NCBI GenBank assembly: GCA_010093605.1
Contig: MU004184.1
Coordinates: 444,801-508,800, forward strand
DNA: 64,000 nt
Direction: 5' to 3'
Origin: Lophium mytilinum
Lineage: Eukaryota
In this document: positions 36,964-48,511 of the stretch, one piece after another
How positions within the stretch are numbered: position 1 is the stretch's first letter
Layout of the letters: every line of letters begins with the position of its first letter
Program-made: the position numbers and the translations under genes
The notes under the pieces: generated by a model
What the model saw: the letters and a program-made list of their open reading frames with translations, nothing else
Told to the model about the DNA's origin: nothing
Database searches by the model: none

Positions 36964-38361
36964 GTCGGTGTCGCGTGCCCAACCTGCTGTCGCGCCTGAG
37001 CCTCCCGGGATATTCACAAAGCTTCCGAGGACCTAGAAACTAGACTGAAGATGACGATTCCCTTAGTGGCCGCGTAAATGGCAGGTGGTATTATATCAGT
37101 CCTGGATTCCTGGAGCCAATAGCGTAGAAAAGGCACATGCTTGTCGACCCGAGCGAATAAAGGAATCGACAATCAACAAGGCTATGAGAAGAGTACGTAT
37201 ACAGCGTACGCATATATTTACACAAGGAAGCAAGAGAGGGACGACGCAATTGCTAAGGAGACGATGGGAAACGCGGGCTGCAGCAGTTTGAGGTCGCCGC
37301 CGAGACACACGCGGCACGCAAAACGGCGATCGATGATGGCTAGGATTTAATTCACGCATCCTCTCCCGGGACCCTACTGCCGAGCATGCCCATGCGCCAT
37401 GCCACCACCAAGCCATTCCCGCCGCTTCGGGCGCCGTCCCCGGCCTCCGCGGTGGCGTGGCAGTTGGCCCGAGATTGGCGAAAAAGGCGGCGGCATGCCG
37501 TGCGCCCATGAGTCTGAAAGCCGGCCCGATAGGCAGCTCTCGACGACAACACCATCTCCTCCATTTTGATATGAAGCCCATCAGATCTATCAGATCGTGG
37601 AGTTGACTGATAAGTGTCCTCGACCTTGTGACTCGAAGCTGGCGTATGGAGCCGCTCGTCATTGATCATCGCCCTCGGAGTATTTCGTGGGCACCGCGGC
37701 GGCAATGGACATCTATCAGGCTCGGTGTCCTCGCTTACATTCATCAAGACCAAAGAAGAAACCTCGTGAGTAGATCCGGAGGCCTGCAGTGTTTGCTCCG
37801 GTTCCCCAGACATCATAGCTGGGTCGTCGAGGTAAGGTTTTCTCCACTTGATTTTCGGGCCTCATCCATTGGGCTCCTCCAATCGACACACATATTGTCT
37901 TTCCATTGATCGCTACCATTATATCTTTGAATCGAGACTAGCCTTAGTCGGCAATAGTCATATCATGCTCAGTATATGAGATGTAGGCATCGAGTATGCC
38001 CATCCAGGGTCCGGGCGCGCGAGTCAACGGATTGGATGAGCCGTGAAAGTTGAAGTTCGCTCCAGAAGATGTGTCCAAGTACATTTTAGGACTCAAAAGC
38101 GCATCGTCCTTATGACGTGACCGAGTGACTTCAAAGTTGTCAGGTATCGACGTTACTACACCGTTCAGCTTAGAAAAGTCACTATAGAAACAAGGATGAA
38201 TTTGCTTTCGTTGCTACCTCTTCATGCGTATTTCCATTCAGAGATCCTTCTTCACTGCATCCTCTTGATCGCTGCAGTTTCAATAATATCCTCATAACTA
38301 CTAAGACATCACGACTCCGGAAGACTTTCTTCAACCATTCAACCTCGTGCAAGCTGTCGCG

Positions 38362-39010
38362 ATGCACTCCCTTCACGTACTATTGATAGCTTCGCTATTC
38401 GCCTGCTTCACAACATCCAACCCTATTGGCATAGTCCTCCCTCCGCCGACTCAACCTCACCCAACCAACCAACGCAAAGACAGCGAGTGTTACAATTCAG
38501 GGCTGGGGCAGTACGCCTGGAAAGAAGCCAGAGGATTTCTGCCCACCGTATGCAACTATCTAGTGAATTTAAACGGCAATCCCGTCCTCGAAAATTCAGG
38601 CAGTCGAATGGCATGTCGAACATTCGCCGAAACAAACGTCGACAAGCATGGAAACCTCGTGCACGATAGCAACAGCATGAAGGCATACTGGTTCAAAGTT
38701 GGACTAGTGAAAGAACACAGCCTCGAGACTCTCAGGAAAGACGACTGTGTCAACATGATGGGGAAGATTTTCGAGAAGTGTAGTCCTGGTGACAAAGGTG
38801 GGCACGGTGGGAATGTGTATGATGATGGTAAAGTTTTCCAATACGAGTATGTTACAGCTACTCTGAACTTTTATATTGATACCTAATATACATTCCAGTA
38901 TCACTACAAAACGTATCAGGATGGACTCGCCAACTACTCATTGCAACATGGACTGGGAGTCTGATGGATCCATGGTTATGGAGCCGGACCCTTACGTATC
39001 TAACGGGTAA
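38362..39010 (+). CDS. Small secreted Cys-rich protein (paralog 1); intron 38847-38898
   Basis: Signal-peptide-like N-terminus; CYNSG, VCNYL, ACRTF, CVNMM, C...GG; final Cys in exon 2. Confidence 0.75.
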
Positions 39011-39496
39011 CGCGAGCCTCCTAATCTTGGTTGGGATTTCAGTCTCCGGCTCTGCATCACGATTCACTTTCCCTACACCTTTATTCTTCAGCAATGAATT
39101 CAGATAGAATCGGTTCTTGTAGATTTGTTGCGTATTCAATCCATGACATTACTTATCTCAGGTTCTCTATTCCGGGCCACATGTCAATCCTATGGGCTCT
39201 TTCGGCAACCCCAGCATTTTCCACGGGAACCACTAATGGATCGTGCTCTTGAGTCAAGCGCTGCTTGATCAGGCATAGTCATACTGCGCTGACCTCGTGC
39301 GGTCCAAGCACGGACGCTGGGAGTGTGATTCACATTAGAAAGGCAGTCACACTAGTCACCCAGTCATCCAGAATCCTATCCATATACAAAACTCCGGTTC
39401 CCCTTGCGTTTGCCTCTCTATCTAAATCTATGTCCCGATCAATAACTCAGTCTTCATACCATCATTTCTACCACAATCTGCCATCAATAATCCATT

Positions 39497-40030
39497 ATGA
39501 ATCACTACATTAATCTCCTTATCTTCACTCCTCTCTTCGCATCCCTCGCCCTAGCTAACGGCTGCTTCTCGGGCGGAGACGAGATATTCGCAGTAGCAGA
39601 AGCCAACACCAGCATCCCAAGCGTCTGCAAATACCTCCGCTCATACCATGGAGACACATGGGTCTACAACACCACTTTGGAAAACCGTACCGCATGCCGT
39701 ACCTACTCCGCCTTCAACGCGACCTCTCAAAAAATGGAGGATAACTTGGATAAAGCGTGGTACTACGAGATCCATCTCATAAGCAACCCCAAGAACGGTC
39801 GAGTACTGGGGCAAGACGAGTGTGTTAACGGGATGACGAAGTCGGTGGTGGCTATCTGCGACTGGGGCGCTGATTTTTCGTATACGAATTGGCGATACGT
39901 GTAAGTTGGCTTTTTGGTATCTGGTGTATGGGGTTTCGGAGCTAATGATTGGGATAGGGCGGACCCAAATAAGGTACCTTGCGGGCAGAAGTGGGATGAT
40001 CAGAGTCCAGTTGTCGACAGTCACGTTTGA
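39497..40030 (+). CDS. Small secreted Cys-rich protein (paralog 2); intron 39901-39957
   Basis: Signal peptide; CFSGG, VCKYL, ACRTY, CVNGM; spliced end WRYVADPNKVPC. Confidence 0.8.
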
Positions 40031-40772
40031 ATCAATGAGGACATTCAATGAGGAAACCTCGTACTGCTAATGGGGCTCGGATGTCCTTCGTATTCAGCTT
40101 GTTTTTGGTGTTTTTTTCAAGCTCATAAGTTTGCGTTGCTTTCCCGGGCTTTCTCTAGCGACCATTTTCACAGTTTTCGATGGTTGTGCCTTTTAGCATT
40201 CTGATTCAAGTCATTAGTCGTTCTAAATACTCTTTTTCGGCCTCTATTATCTTGGTAAATTTCTATTCGTATCCCTAGTGATGCCCGCGAGAAATTCTCA
40301 TTGAACCATGCTCTTGAGTTCGTTGACTCTGGTCCTAGCACCTACGGTCATAATTGTGCATCATAGTAGCCCAGAAGTGCGGACTTCGGGGGTGCGCTTT
40401 GCGATGAATATCTGTCGCCCGAGTCATCGAAACGGAACATCTATGATTCATCAATACCGCGAGATCATTCTCAGACATGTAGTGTTTGCGCGGCATCGAC
40501 TCATTGACTTACACACTCCTCGTTTCAAAAGCGCAGGATGACTGCGCTACATACAGAGAATGGCGATGCATGTTCTGCAATGTAGAAGAGTCAACGCAAC
40601 ACAGAGAAGTATAAATCATCTTCCTTGAGTCAAAGAATCTATTCTTGCAGAATATAAACCTTTCGCATCCGCTACACTACCTCTCCTACTCTATACCCTA
40701 TTCGCAATCTCGAAAGACCAAAGAAATCCACCAACCTATTCGAAACCAGTACCACCATCATCTACTACCACG

Positions 40773-41270
40773 ATGCGATACTTCAAATCAGTTCTCCTGG
40801 CTTTGGTCTTTACGCCGCTCCCTCTAGCAAATGCGGAGCAGTGCCATCGCGTTGGCCTGAAAAACTTTGTTAGCAAAGATAAAGTAATCGCAGCCTTGGG
40901 AAATGTCTGCGTTCAACTCCTCTACGGCACCAAAATTGCCCCGCTCAATGACAACAAGCCCGTCGATATCATGACAACACAGCAGGCATGCCGAACCTTC
41001 AAAGGACACAAAGACAAGCTCTACATGTTCACGATCGAGCCCGTCATTACCAAGGGAGTGGAGCACAAAAAGATTCTTCCTCAAGATTGCATCGACATGA
41101 TGACGAGTCTGTTGGACTGCCCTAAAGGAGCCTGGGAGAGACTGAATGGCGACTTCCAATTCAGGCACGTGCCATTTCTTGCGGAGCTTACTTCTATAGC
41201 TAACTGAAGATCCAGCGTGGACCCCAATGAGGCCAACGGCAATTTGGAGAACTGCCCCATGGCGGACTGA
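40773..41270 (+). CDS. Small secreted Cys-rich protein (paralog 3); GC-AG intron 41165-41215
   Basis: Signal peptide; CHRVG, VCVQL, ACRTF, CIDMM; splicing gives FQFSVDPN...NCP, matching paralog 2. Confidence 0.8.
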
Positions 41271-44029
41271 TCGGGAGCCGCAACAGTCGGCAAGAAGCGA
41301 CGTGGTACGATGGCTAATTTCGAGTCTTCGAAACTCTCAAGGTATCTCGCCGCTTCATGTGCCTGTTCTCCGGGATTTCTCTGTAGCACCTGGTCCTTCT
41401 TTCCCTTTGGTGTTGTTCTTTCGGGCTCTTGTTCTTCATAGACTTCCTACTTAGAGCTGTTTCTCATTTCTGTACTTCTATTAGCTTCTCCAATGCCCCC
41501 TTCAGACTAATTAGATTCATCTCATTCACCTGCTCTACCACACAAGTCTTCCGCCAGATTCTACCACATTCCACCGCCCGTGACTCAAGTGCTCCAGCAC
41601 CTGCACCTCTCCCACTCGAAATATATAACACCCCCCCCTTTCTCTCTTCCCCTCCTCGACAGAGTTGGCAACCAGGAGCTTCAAACACTCCATGCGACCC
41701 AGACATGGCCAGCGGTGGAAAAAACAGCTATTCGAACGAGTCATGGACCGAAACAAGGCGAAAAATGCTGCAATGAGAGCGTGGGACTAGCAAAAACTAG
41801 CACCCATCGCCCTGATGTGGCGAGCAGGGCCCAATCCGTGGTATCGTTGGCGATGGTAGTTCAAAACAGGCTGTAATCACCTCTGCTGGAGGAGGACCGT
41901 GGTGGATCGACATCGATCATCGCGCGAATCCATGGGCTGGAGTGGAGTAGGGTGGCGGTTGGATCAAGAGCGGTGATGATGGAGGTGAGTATCATGGAAT
42001 AGTGCACGTATGCGTGGGGAGCTCGCGAAGCTGGCCTTCGGGATGATTGGAAGCGCTTTTAGTCCTCTTTCAGAGAAGTGGGTGATGTTCATCACCACCG
42101 CCCGCTGGCGTACCACTACCGCTCCTCCACACCACGGCCATGTGGCGCGTAGTTCATATATGTTGATCCCACAGCCGACCATGGGATGTCGACGGCCTCG
42201 TTTTTACTCCTCCACCCCACTCCCACATAGTACTCTACTCTGAATACTGTTGTTCCCGCCGCCAAAAATGAGATATTTATGACTTCGTTTTTGATGTCCC
42301 AGTCCTTCTCCATGTGCTTTCCTAAGCGTACATTTTGCAATCTCTCGAATGCTCCACCGCCTCCTCTCCATTGTTATGAATTGAGGGACTTTTGCAACCC
42401 ACCCATTCTCCTCGTCCAAGCCTTGCAAGAAAGAACCAAGGGTCTGAGAGCGAGGGGTTTTATATTGCAGTTTCGAAGCGAATATCGAGGTCACATGGCA
42501 CCCGTGACTCGGTAAACGAGCACGGGATATCAGTGGAGGCTGCCAGATTCCATTTTCGTCCGCGAGCCACTGCCAAAGCCTCACTGCACGCCTTGAGTCT
42601 TCCCCAGCGACGTAATCCTTACGCTTCCACCTCCTTCGCCGGACGCCTTCTCTGCTTTTAGCCGCCCAGTCACGTGAACCCCCAGCGGCCCTGGCTCTCA
42701 AAACTTCCAGCCTCTGGTATAATAGCGCCCTCTTGCTTGCTTTGAAAATTTCCAGTGCAGAAGAAGGAGCCCAGTATGGAGTGAGGAAAAGCTGAAGCTC
42801 CATTCTAGGATGATCTAGGAAAGCGGGGGCAAAAGGAGTCTTCCTCTTCCGTCATGTGTGTAGCAACATCCCTTTAGGGGCATGATGAGGTGGACGATCA
42901 ACCAAACTGTTGAGGAGGTACCATGGGAGTTTCGTCAATCAACTTTGCCAGTCCATAAGCAGCATAGGATGGTGCGGGCAGCTATGGTGCGGATGTGCAC
43001 TACTGCATGAAAACGTGGTGAAGACCATGAAGGAAGTCTAGTTGTGCTCTACCTCATCCCCAGGAGGCAACGCATAGCTTTGGAATTTAGTATGAGAATC
43101 AACACGGTAGAAATTAAACTACCTTTTGATAGACTATCGACCTGCCAGTTAGAACAGCCCCAACGTTGTTCTCGACTATGCAAAAGCGTAGTTACACACG
43201 CCTATATTCCCGAGACTTGATATCACCGCCTTGAATTCCAATAATAAAGCCAATGCAGTAGAAACTAGACTGCTTTTTGATTACTTACCTTCCTGCTAGC
43301 TAAGCTACCCCTAGCATCGTTATCAACTACGAAAAAGTATAAACACACACTCCCATATCCCCCACACCCAGATTCTTCGCCTTGAAATTTAACACAAAAC
43401 CCAACACCATCGAAACTACGCTCCCTTATACCAACCTTCCCACCTCCCACCTAAACCATCCCCGACACCGCCATCATCCACCAGAAGTAGACCCAATACT
43501 GCACCTCACCACCCCCTCCCCCTTTCCACTCCCACCGCAAGATCTTAAACCCGACCACCACCACCACGCCCTTATATCACTCTCCCATCATTTTCTTGGT
43601 CTCTAGATGTTAACTCCACCACATCCCACCCCTCCCCGCCGCTCTCCCGCACAGCCATCGTATGGAAGGATGCTTTTTTTTGCTCTGCAAGACACCTGCC
43701 ATGATTTTGGCGTCTTGGACTGTTGTACACGCAGTCAACATAAGACACGTCAGCGATGGCTGTCAACTACCACCCTGCTGTAGCGCTGTTCCGCCCCCGA
43801 AATTCCTGTTTCGAGATGAGAGCGCGAAGGAAGAGGGGTTATATACCTGCCCGGGAATTTGAAATGGTAGGAGGTTGGTTGGTCACGGGGGAGGCACGTG
43901 GGTTTCTGGTGTGTTTCGGGGGGGGCGCGTGGGAGGTCTCCTGACGGTGGTGAAGAGCTGGGGAATAATATCTCGCACCTGGCTTCATCTACAACCTGGG
44001 ATATTCTGCATCATGTCTAAAGCTCTTAC

Positions 44030-45720
44030 GCCCTGCAGGAGGATTCCAGACGGCGCCGAAGGGGTACTAATACACCGTCTCTAGACCCAACCTCATTAAA
44101 GTCCTAGGGAGCACGACATTACATGCTAAATCTTTTTACAATATAGGAGGACCCCGAACGGTGCTAAAGAGATATGGAAATGACCTCTGAAAGCTAGCTT
44201 TGGTTACGGTGTAGAAAACTCAGCATTACAAGGGGATTTCTTTCGCTTCATAGGGGTACTCCAGACGGCGCTGAAGAGTCCTGGGCATGACCTCCTAAAT
44301 CTATCTTCAGTTACCATCTAACGAATATAGCATTGTACTTAGAGTTCTTCTACTGTATAGGAGGACCCCGAACCGCGCCGAAGAGCTATAAATTTGATAT
44401 CCTTCCTCTAGCTTCGTCTCCGCACCTATAACCGTTACATTGCAAATTACTCTACCAGAGTATATAGAAGTCCTCCAGACCTCGGTAGAACGCTTTGAAT
44501 ACTATAGTAGTATTACTAACTTAAATTAGAAAGTCCAGTTGTTTACTTTATGCCCGGATGAAGAGTGCAGTAAGAGAGGACTCCAAACGGCGCCGAAGAG
44601 CTGTAAACACCACATCTTTCCGCTAGCTTTCCTTTTACCCTCCTAGGAGTTTTATATCGTGTGGAACTCCAGCAAAGTACATTAGAGTACTCCAGACGCT
44701 GGCAGAAGGCTGTAAACTCCCGAGTTTCAACCTTAATATAATCTGAAGAGTCTCAGTCTTTACATTGCATCCAAAAATAAATCGCAGGGTAGGAGGACTC
44801 CAAACACCGGCGAAGAGCTATTGACACTGCATGTTTTCCCCTAGCTTTATAGACACTCCCAGGTTCTCCAAATTCGCATGCCAATCCGCTATAGTACACG
44901 GAAGTGCTCTAGACGCTGGTAGAAGAGTGTCAACGTCCCAGTTCCGATCCTAGCACAATCTAAAGCGTCGAAATCTCTACATCGTGTTTCATCTTAAGCT
45001 ACACTAGAGGGCCACCTCAGACGGTGTCGAAGCGCTACTCAGAAGCTAGAAAATACCGTGTAATACAAGAACCTGTAGTCGCTGTATAAGGTAGTCTGGT
45101 CTAAGATGTCAAGCTCTTAACATCCCATCTTATCTTTTCATGGCGAGCTAGAGGACATCAGCCAGTAGCGAACAACGGGCAGAAAGAGGGAGGTAAGGTC
45201 TTTTCTATAGGGTACTTGCTAGTACGATACGCGGTCTAATTTTAGAGGTTAAGTTCTTGACATCCTGTTCTAACTTCGTAGAGCAGGCCAGAGAACTTTA
45301 GACGGTAGAGTGAGGCGTGCAGAGCGTAAGATTATACGGTCTAGTCTGTGGAGTTAGTGGTAGTGTATTACGTGGTCTCATTCAAGATGTTAAGCTCTTG
45401 ACATCCCGTTTTAATTGTTTAGAGCGAGCTAGAGGACTTCAGACGGTGGGATAGGGCAGGTAAAACGTTAGTATGTCGCGTAGTCCAGTCTCTAATACCT
45501 AGTTCTTTACATCCTATTTTATCGTTTTATAGCGTGCTAGAGGACTTCAGACGGTAGCATAGGACGTGCAGAACGCGAATATATGCTATCTATTCTAAGG
45601 AGGTTGGTCCGTCACGTGGCTTGATATCCGATGTCTAATATATGACATCCTATCCTAACTTTCTATAGTATGTCAGGATACTTCAGACGGTATCAAGACG
45701 TACGCAAAACGCCATAACAC
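44030..45720. repeat. Degenerate tandem array: ~108-bp units alternating as ~216-bp dimers, then 110-140-bp units
   Basis: CCAGACGGCGCCGAAG-like core at ~44046, 44154, 44261, 44368, 44475, 44583, 44692, 44800, 44909, 45017; GACATCC...CTTCAGACGGT units from ~45110 to 45700. Confidence 0.8.
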
Positions 45721-45861
45721 CACATTCTCCAATACCAACTTCCCAATCCAATACATCTCATCCCAATCTCACACAGCCCACTAAGCCACCCCAAACACCA
45801 TCACCCTCATATCAACACTCCAATTCCACGCATCTACTATCTACACAACCCCAAGAGCCCC

Positions 45862-47964
45862 CTACTCCTCCCCCTCCCACCCCATCCTCTGCCCCACACA
45901 CCCAAAACTACACGCCCTCCTCAAAAACGGGAAAACCCCCGCCGTCACATCCTCAAACTCATCAATCCTATAATACTCCACCCACTCCGCCCTCGGCACC
46001 ACAAACCTGCCCCCACACACCGAACACGCCCGCCAAACCTCCCCACCCTCCTTCCTCGCCCGCGCCGCGCCGCCCACCGCACGCTCAATCCCCGGCGCCA
46101 AGCCCGCGACCTCCTCCTCCCCCACCACTTCCAGCGCCTTGCGCAGCGCGAGTTCCAGCAGCGACGGCACGCGGGAGCAGTCTGGCGCGCGGAACTCCGG
46201 CCAGAGCGGCTTTCCAACAGCGCCGACTTTGACGGTATGGACGGTAGCCGGCAGGAACGTGCAATCCAGCGGTAGTAGGCTCGGCGGTGGCGGCGAGGGC
46301 TTCAAATGGCGGCCGTCGGCGTGGAAGAGGGCGGGGGGCGTGGCGGCGATGAAGCGGAAGCGGATGTCCTTCCACGCGTCCAGGGCCTCCGCGGTCTCGG
46401 CGTGATACGAGTCCTGCTGGGCCTTGTGGATGGCGAGGGTCTGTTCTTGGTCTTTGAGCAGCCAGGCGAGGCTTTGAGCGCGATCTGGGTCGGTTTCTGT
46501 GGCCAGAGCGGCGAGGAGGGCTGGGTGAGGCTTCTTGAAGAATTCTTTTTCTAGGGTGTCGAGGAGGTCGAGGTGCGCGTTGTGGGAGAAGTAGGTGCCT
46601 TCGAGGAAGGGGTTGCCGGTGAGAATCAGCTTCATGCGGCTGCCGGTGACGCGGAGGAGGCGGGAGAGCTCCCAGGGGAGGTAACGGAGCTTGTTGTTGG
46701 CGATATTGAGTTCGCGGAGGTTGGCTAGTTTGGCGACTCCGGATGGCAGCTCTGTCAGGTTGTTGCTTCGGAGGCTTAGGACGGTGAGGTGCTCAAGGTC
46801 CCAGAGGCGTGGTGGCAGCACGCTGAGGGAGTTATGGGAGAGGAACAGCTTGATCTTTGGCGTGAAGGGCTCGAAGCAGTCGTCTGAGGGTGGCTTGTCG
46901 TCAAATTTGGGACTTCGAATGACTGTGAATAATGGCTGAAGGTCTTTATCAGACAGAGCTGTACGATCTTGGAACGACCAGTCGAACACGTTCTTGTTGT
47001 CATCGTGGTCGGCGTCGTCGCTGTTCGGCACGTTGCGGAGTGGAGGAGGGAAGTGACCAGGATTTACATAGAGAAACTCTGGTGCAATCGGACGCCCGCC
47101 ATGCCTAGGAGGGTACCCTTCGAAGCCCGGGAAGCCAGGTGGAGCACCGAGGGGAGGTCCGTAGTATGCAGGATCATACTCAGGAGAAGATTCGCGAGAC
47201 TCGGTCGAAGATCCAATTGACTGATCCATGGCGAGAGAAAAGCGCGACGTGAATGGTCTTGGACGAGTGACAGGCGACGTGTTCGGAAGGTTACGAGCGG
47301 TGACTTGACGTGGACGAGTGACAGGCAAAGAGTTCGAAAGTCGCCTCGAGGTGGATAGACCTGGTCGAGTAACGGGCTCTGTGTTCAGAGGTTGACGAGA
47401 AACAAACGAACGCGGCCGAGTAACAGGCGAGGCGTGCGAAACAGAACTCGGCGTGAATGGACGTGTCCCAACGACGGGTGAAGTAGGCGTCAGGTGAAGG
47501 GAGTGCGGCAGGTAACCATCGCGCTTCAAAAAAGCTGTAGACTCGCCGTCAACGACACCCTCAAAGTCTTGGCACTCGCCGTCCTGCAGTCCCCCAAACG
47601 ACACATCCGCAGAAGACGACGGCTCCGTATCATCACTACCCATCCACACTCCACTATCAAAGTTCCTCTCCAAGCCCTCCGCCCTCGCACTCCTACTAGC
47701 AGGTCTGCACGATTTCTCGCTCGCCGGCCGCCACCACGGCCCAGCATGCTTCTGTTTCTTGCGCTGGCCCTCATAGTTCTCCAGGCCCGCGGCTTCGGGC
47801 CCGTCGTCGCTGGAGAAAAGCGGAGGGTCGCTTGAGGTGTGCGGGGCCTCGCTGATGTTTGAGTAGCCGCGTTTCTTTATGTGAGGGCGTGAGAATTGGG
47901 GTTGCAGGGCGGTAGGGTATGCTGGGAGCTGCGGGAGCCCATCGTCCTCGAAGTCCTCTTCCAT
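45862..47964 (-). CDS. Leucine-rich repeat protein with disordered N-terminus and C-terminal Cys cluster
   Basis: LxLxxNxL repeats (LFLSHNSL, LSLRSNNL, LNIANNKL, LILTGNPF); VPSLLELALR, CSVC and CSFGC near the C-terminus. Confidence 0.85.
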   Translation of the reverse strand: MEEDFEDDGLPQLPAYPTALQPQFSRPHIKKRGYSNISEAPHTSSDPPLFSSDDGPEAAGLENYEGQRKKQKHAGPWWRPASEKSCRPASRSARAEGLERNFDSGVWMGSDDTEPSSSADVSFGGLQDGECQDFEGVVDGESTAFLKRDGYLPHSLHLTPTSPVVGTRPFTPSSVSHASPVTRPRSFVSRQPLNTEPVTRPGLSTSRRLSNSLPVTRPRQVTARNLPNTSPVTRPRPFTSRFSLAMDQSIGSSTESRESSPEYDPAYYGPPLGAPPGFPGFEGYPPRHGGRPIAPEFLYVNPGHFPPPLRNVPNSDDADHDDNKNVFDWSFQDRTALSDKDLQPLFTVIRSPKFDDKPPSDDCFEPFTPKIKLFLSHNSLSVLPPRLWDLEHLTVLSLRSNNLTELPSGVAKLANLRELNIANNKLRYLPWELSRLLRVTGSRMKLILTGNPFLEGTYFSHNAHLDLLDTLEKEFFKKPHPALLAALATETDPDRAQSLAWLLKDQEQTLAIHKAQQDSYHAETAEALDAWKDIRFRFIAATPPALFHADGRHLKPSPPPPSLLPLDCTFLPATVHTVKVGAVGKPLWPEFRAPDCSRVPSLLELALRKALEVVGEEEVAGLAPGIERAVGGAARARKEGGEVWRACSVCGGRFVVPRAEWVEYYRIDEFEDVTAGVFPFLRRACSFGCVGQRMGWEGEE

Positions 47965-48511
47965 TGAGGCGGTGGGGGGAGTGGCAAGGGCTGGGGGATG
48001 ATGGTGTTTGGAGGTCGTCGAGGACGCGTCGATGCGCGCAGCGATACGAGGCTGGGGACTCGAAAACGGTGTACTGTCGAAAGGAATACTCCGACTGGTC
48101 GAGATCGCGGGCGCGTTTCAGGGGTATTGCGAGCTACCCCTCAACCACAACACCAGCATCGACACTTTGGTATCAAGACGGGCTGTTTGAAGAACCCCAG
48201 GATTATTATAGCATGTTTTAATTACATACCTTATTCAGAAATTCCATTCCTTTACATCCAGGGTTTCCAAGGTCTGATAGTCTAAACGTGATGCAATATC
48301 CCCCGGCACAATCACTATGGTATATGCGATATAGTTTATGTCTCAAAGGTACATATATTCTAGAACATGTTTCCAAAGAACCAAGATTAGTGCCTTAGAA
48401 GCAATTCATTTGCACTACTATATTCAGCTATATAGATTACCTCACAGCAGCAAGCTACCTCCAGTACTATCTACTTCTCTAGCCGATTCACACGCCCATG
48501 CCCCGACCACC

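Noticed and set aside
40551..40560. ATACAGAGAA, a U6-like ACAGAGA box
   Set aside because: Flanks do not continue as U6 and no intron restores it
41400..43950. Scattered short ORFs
   Set aside because: No recognisable domain or coherent splice model
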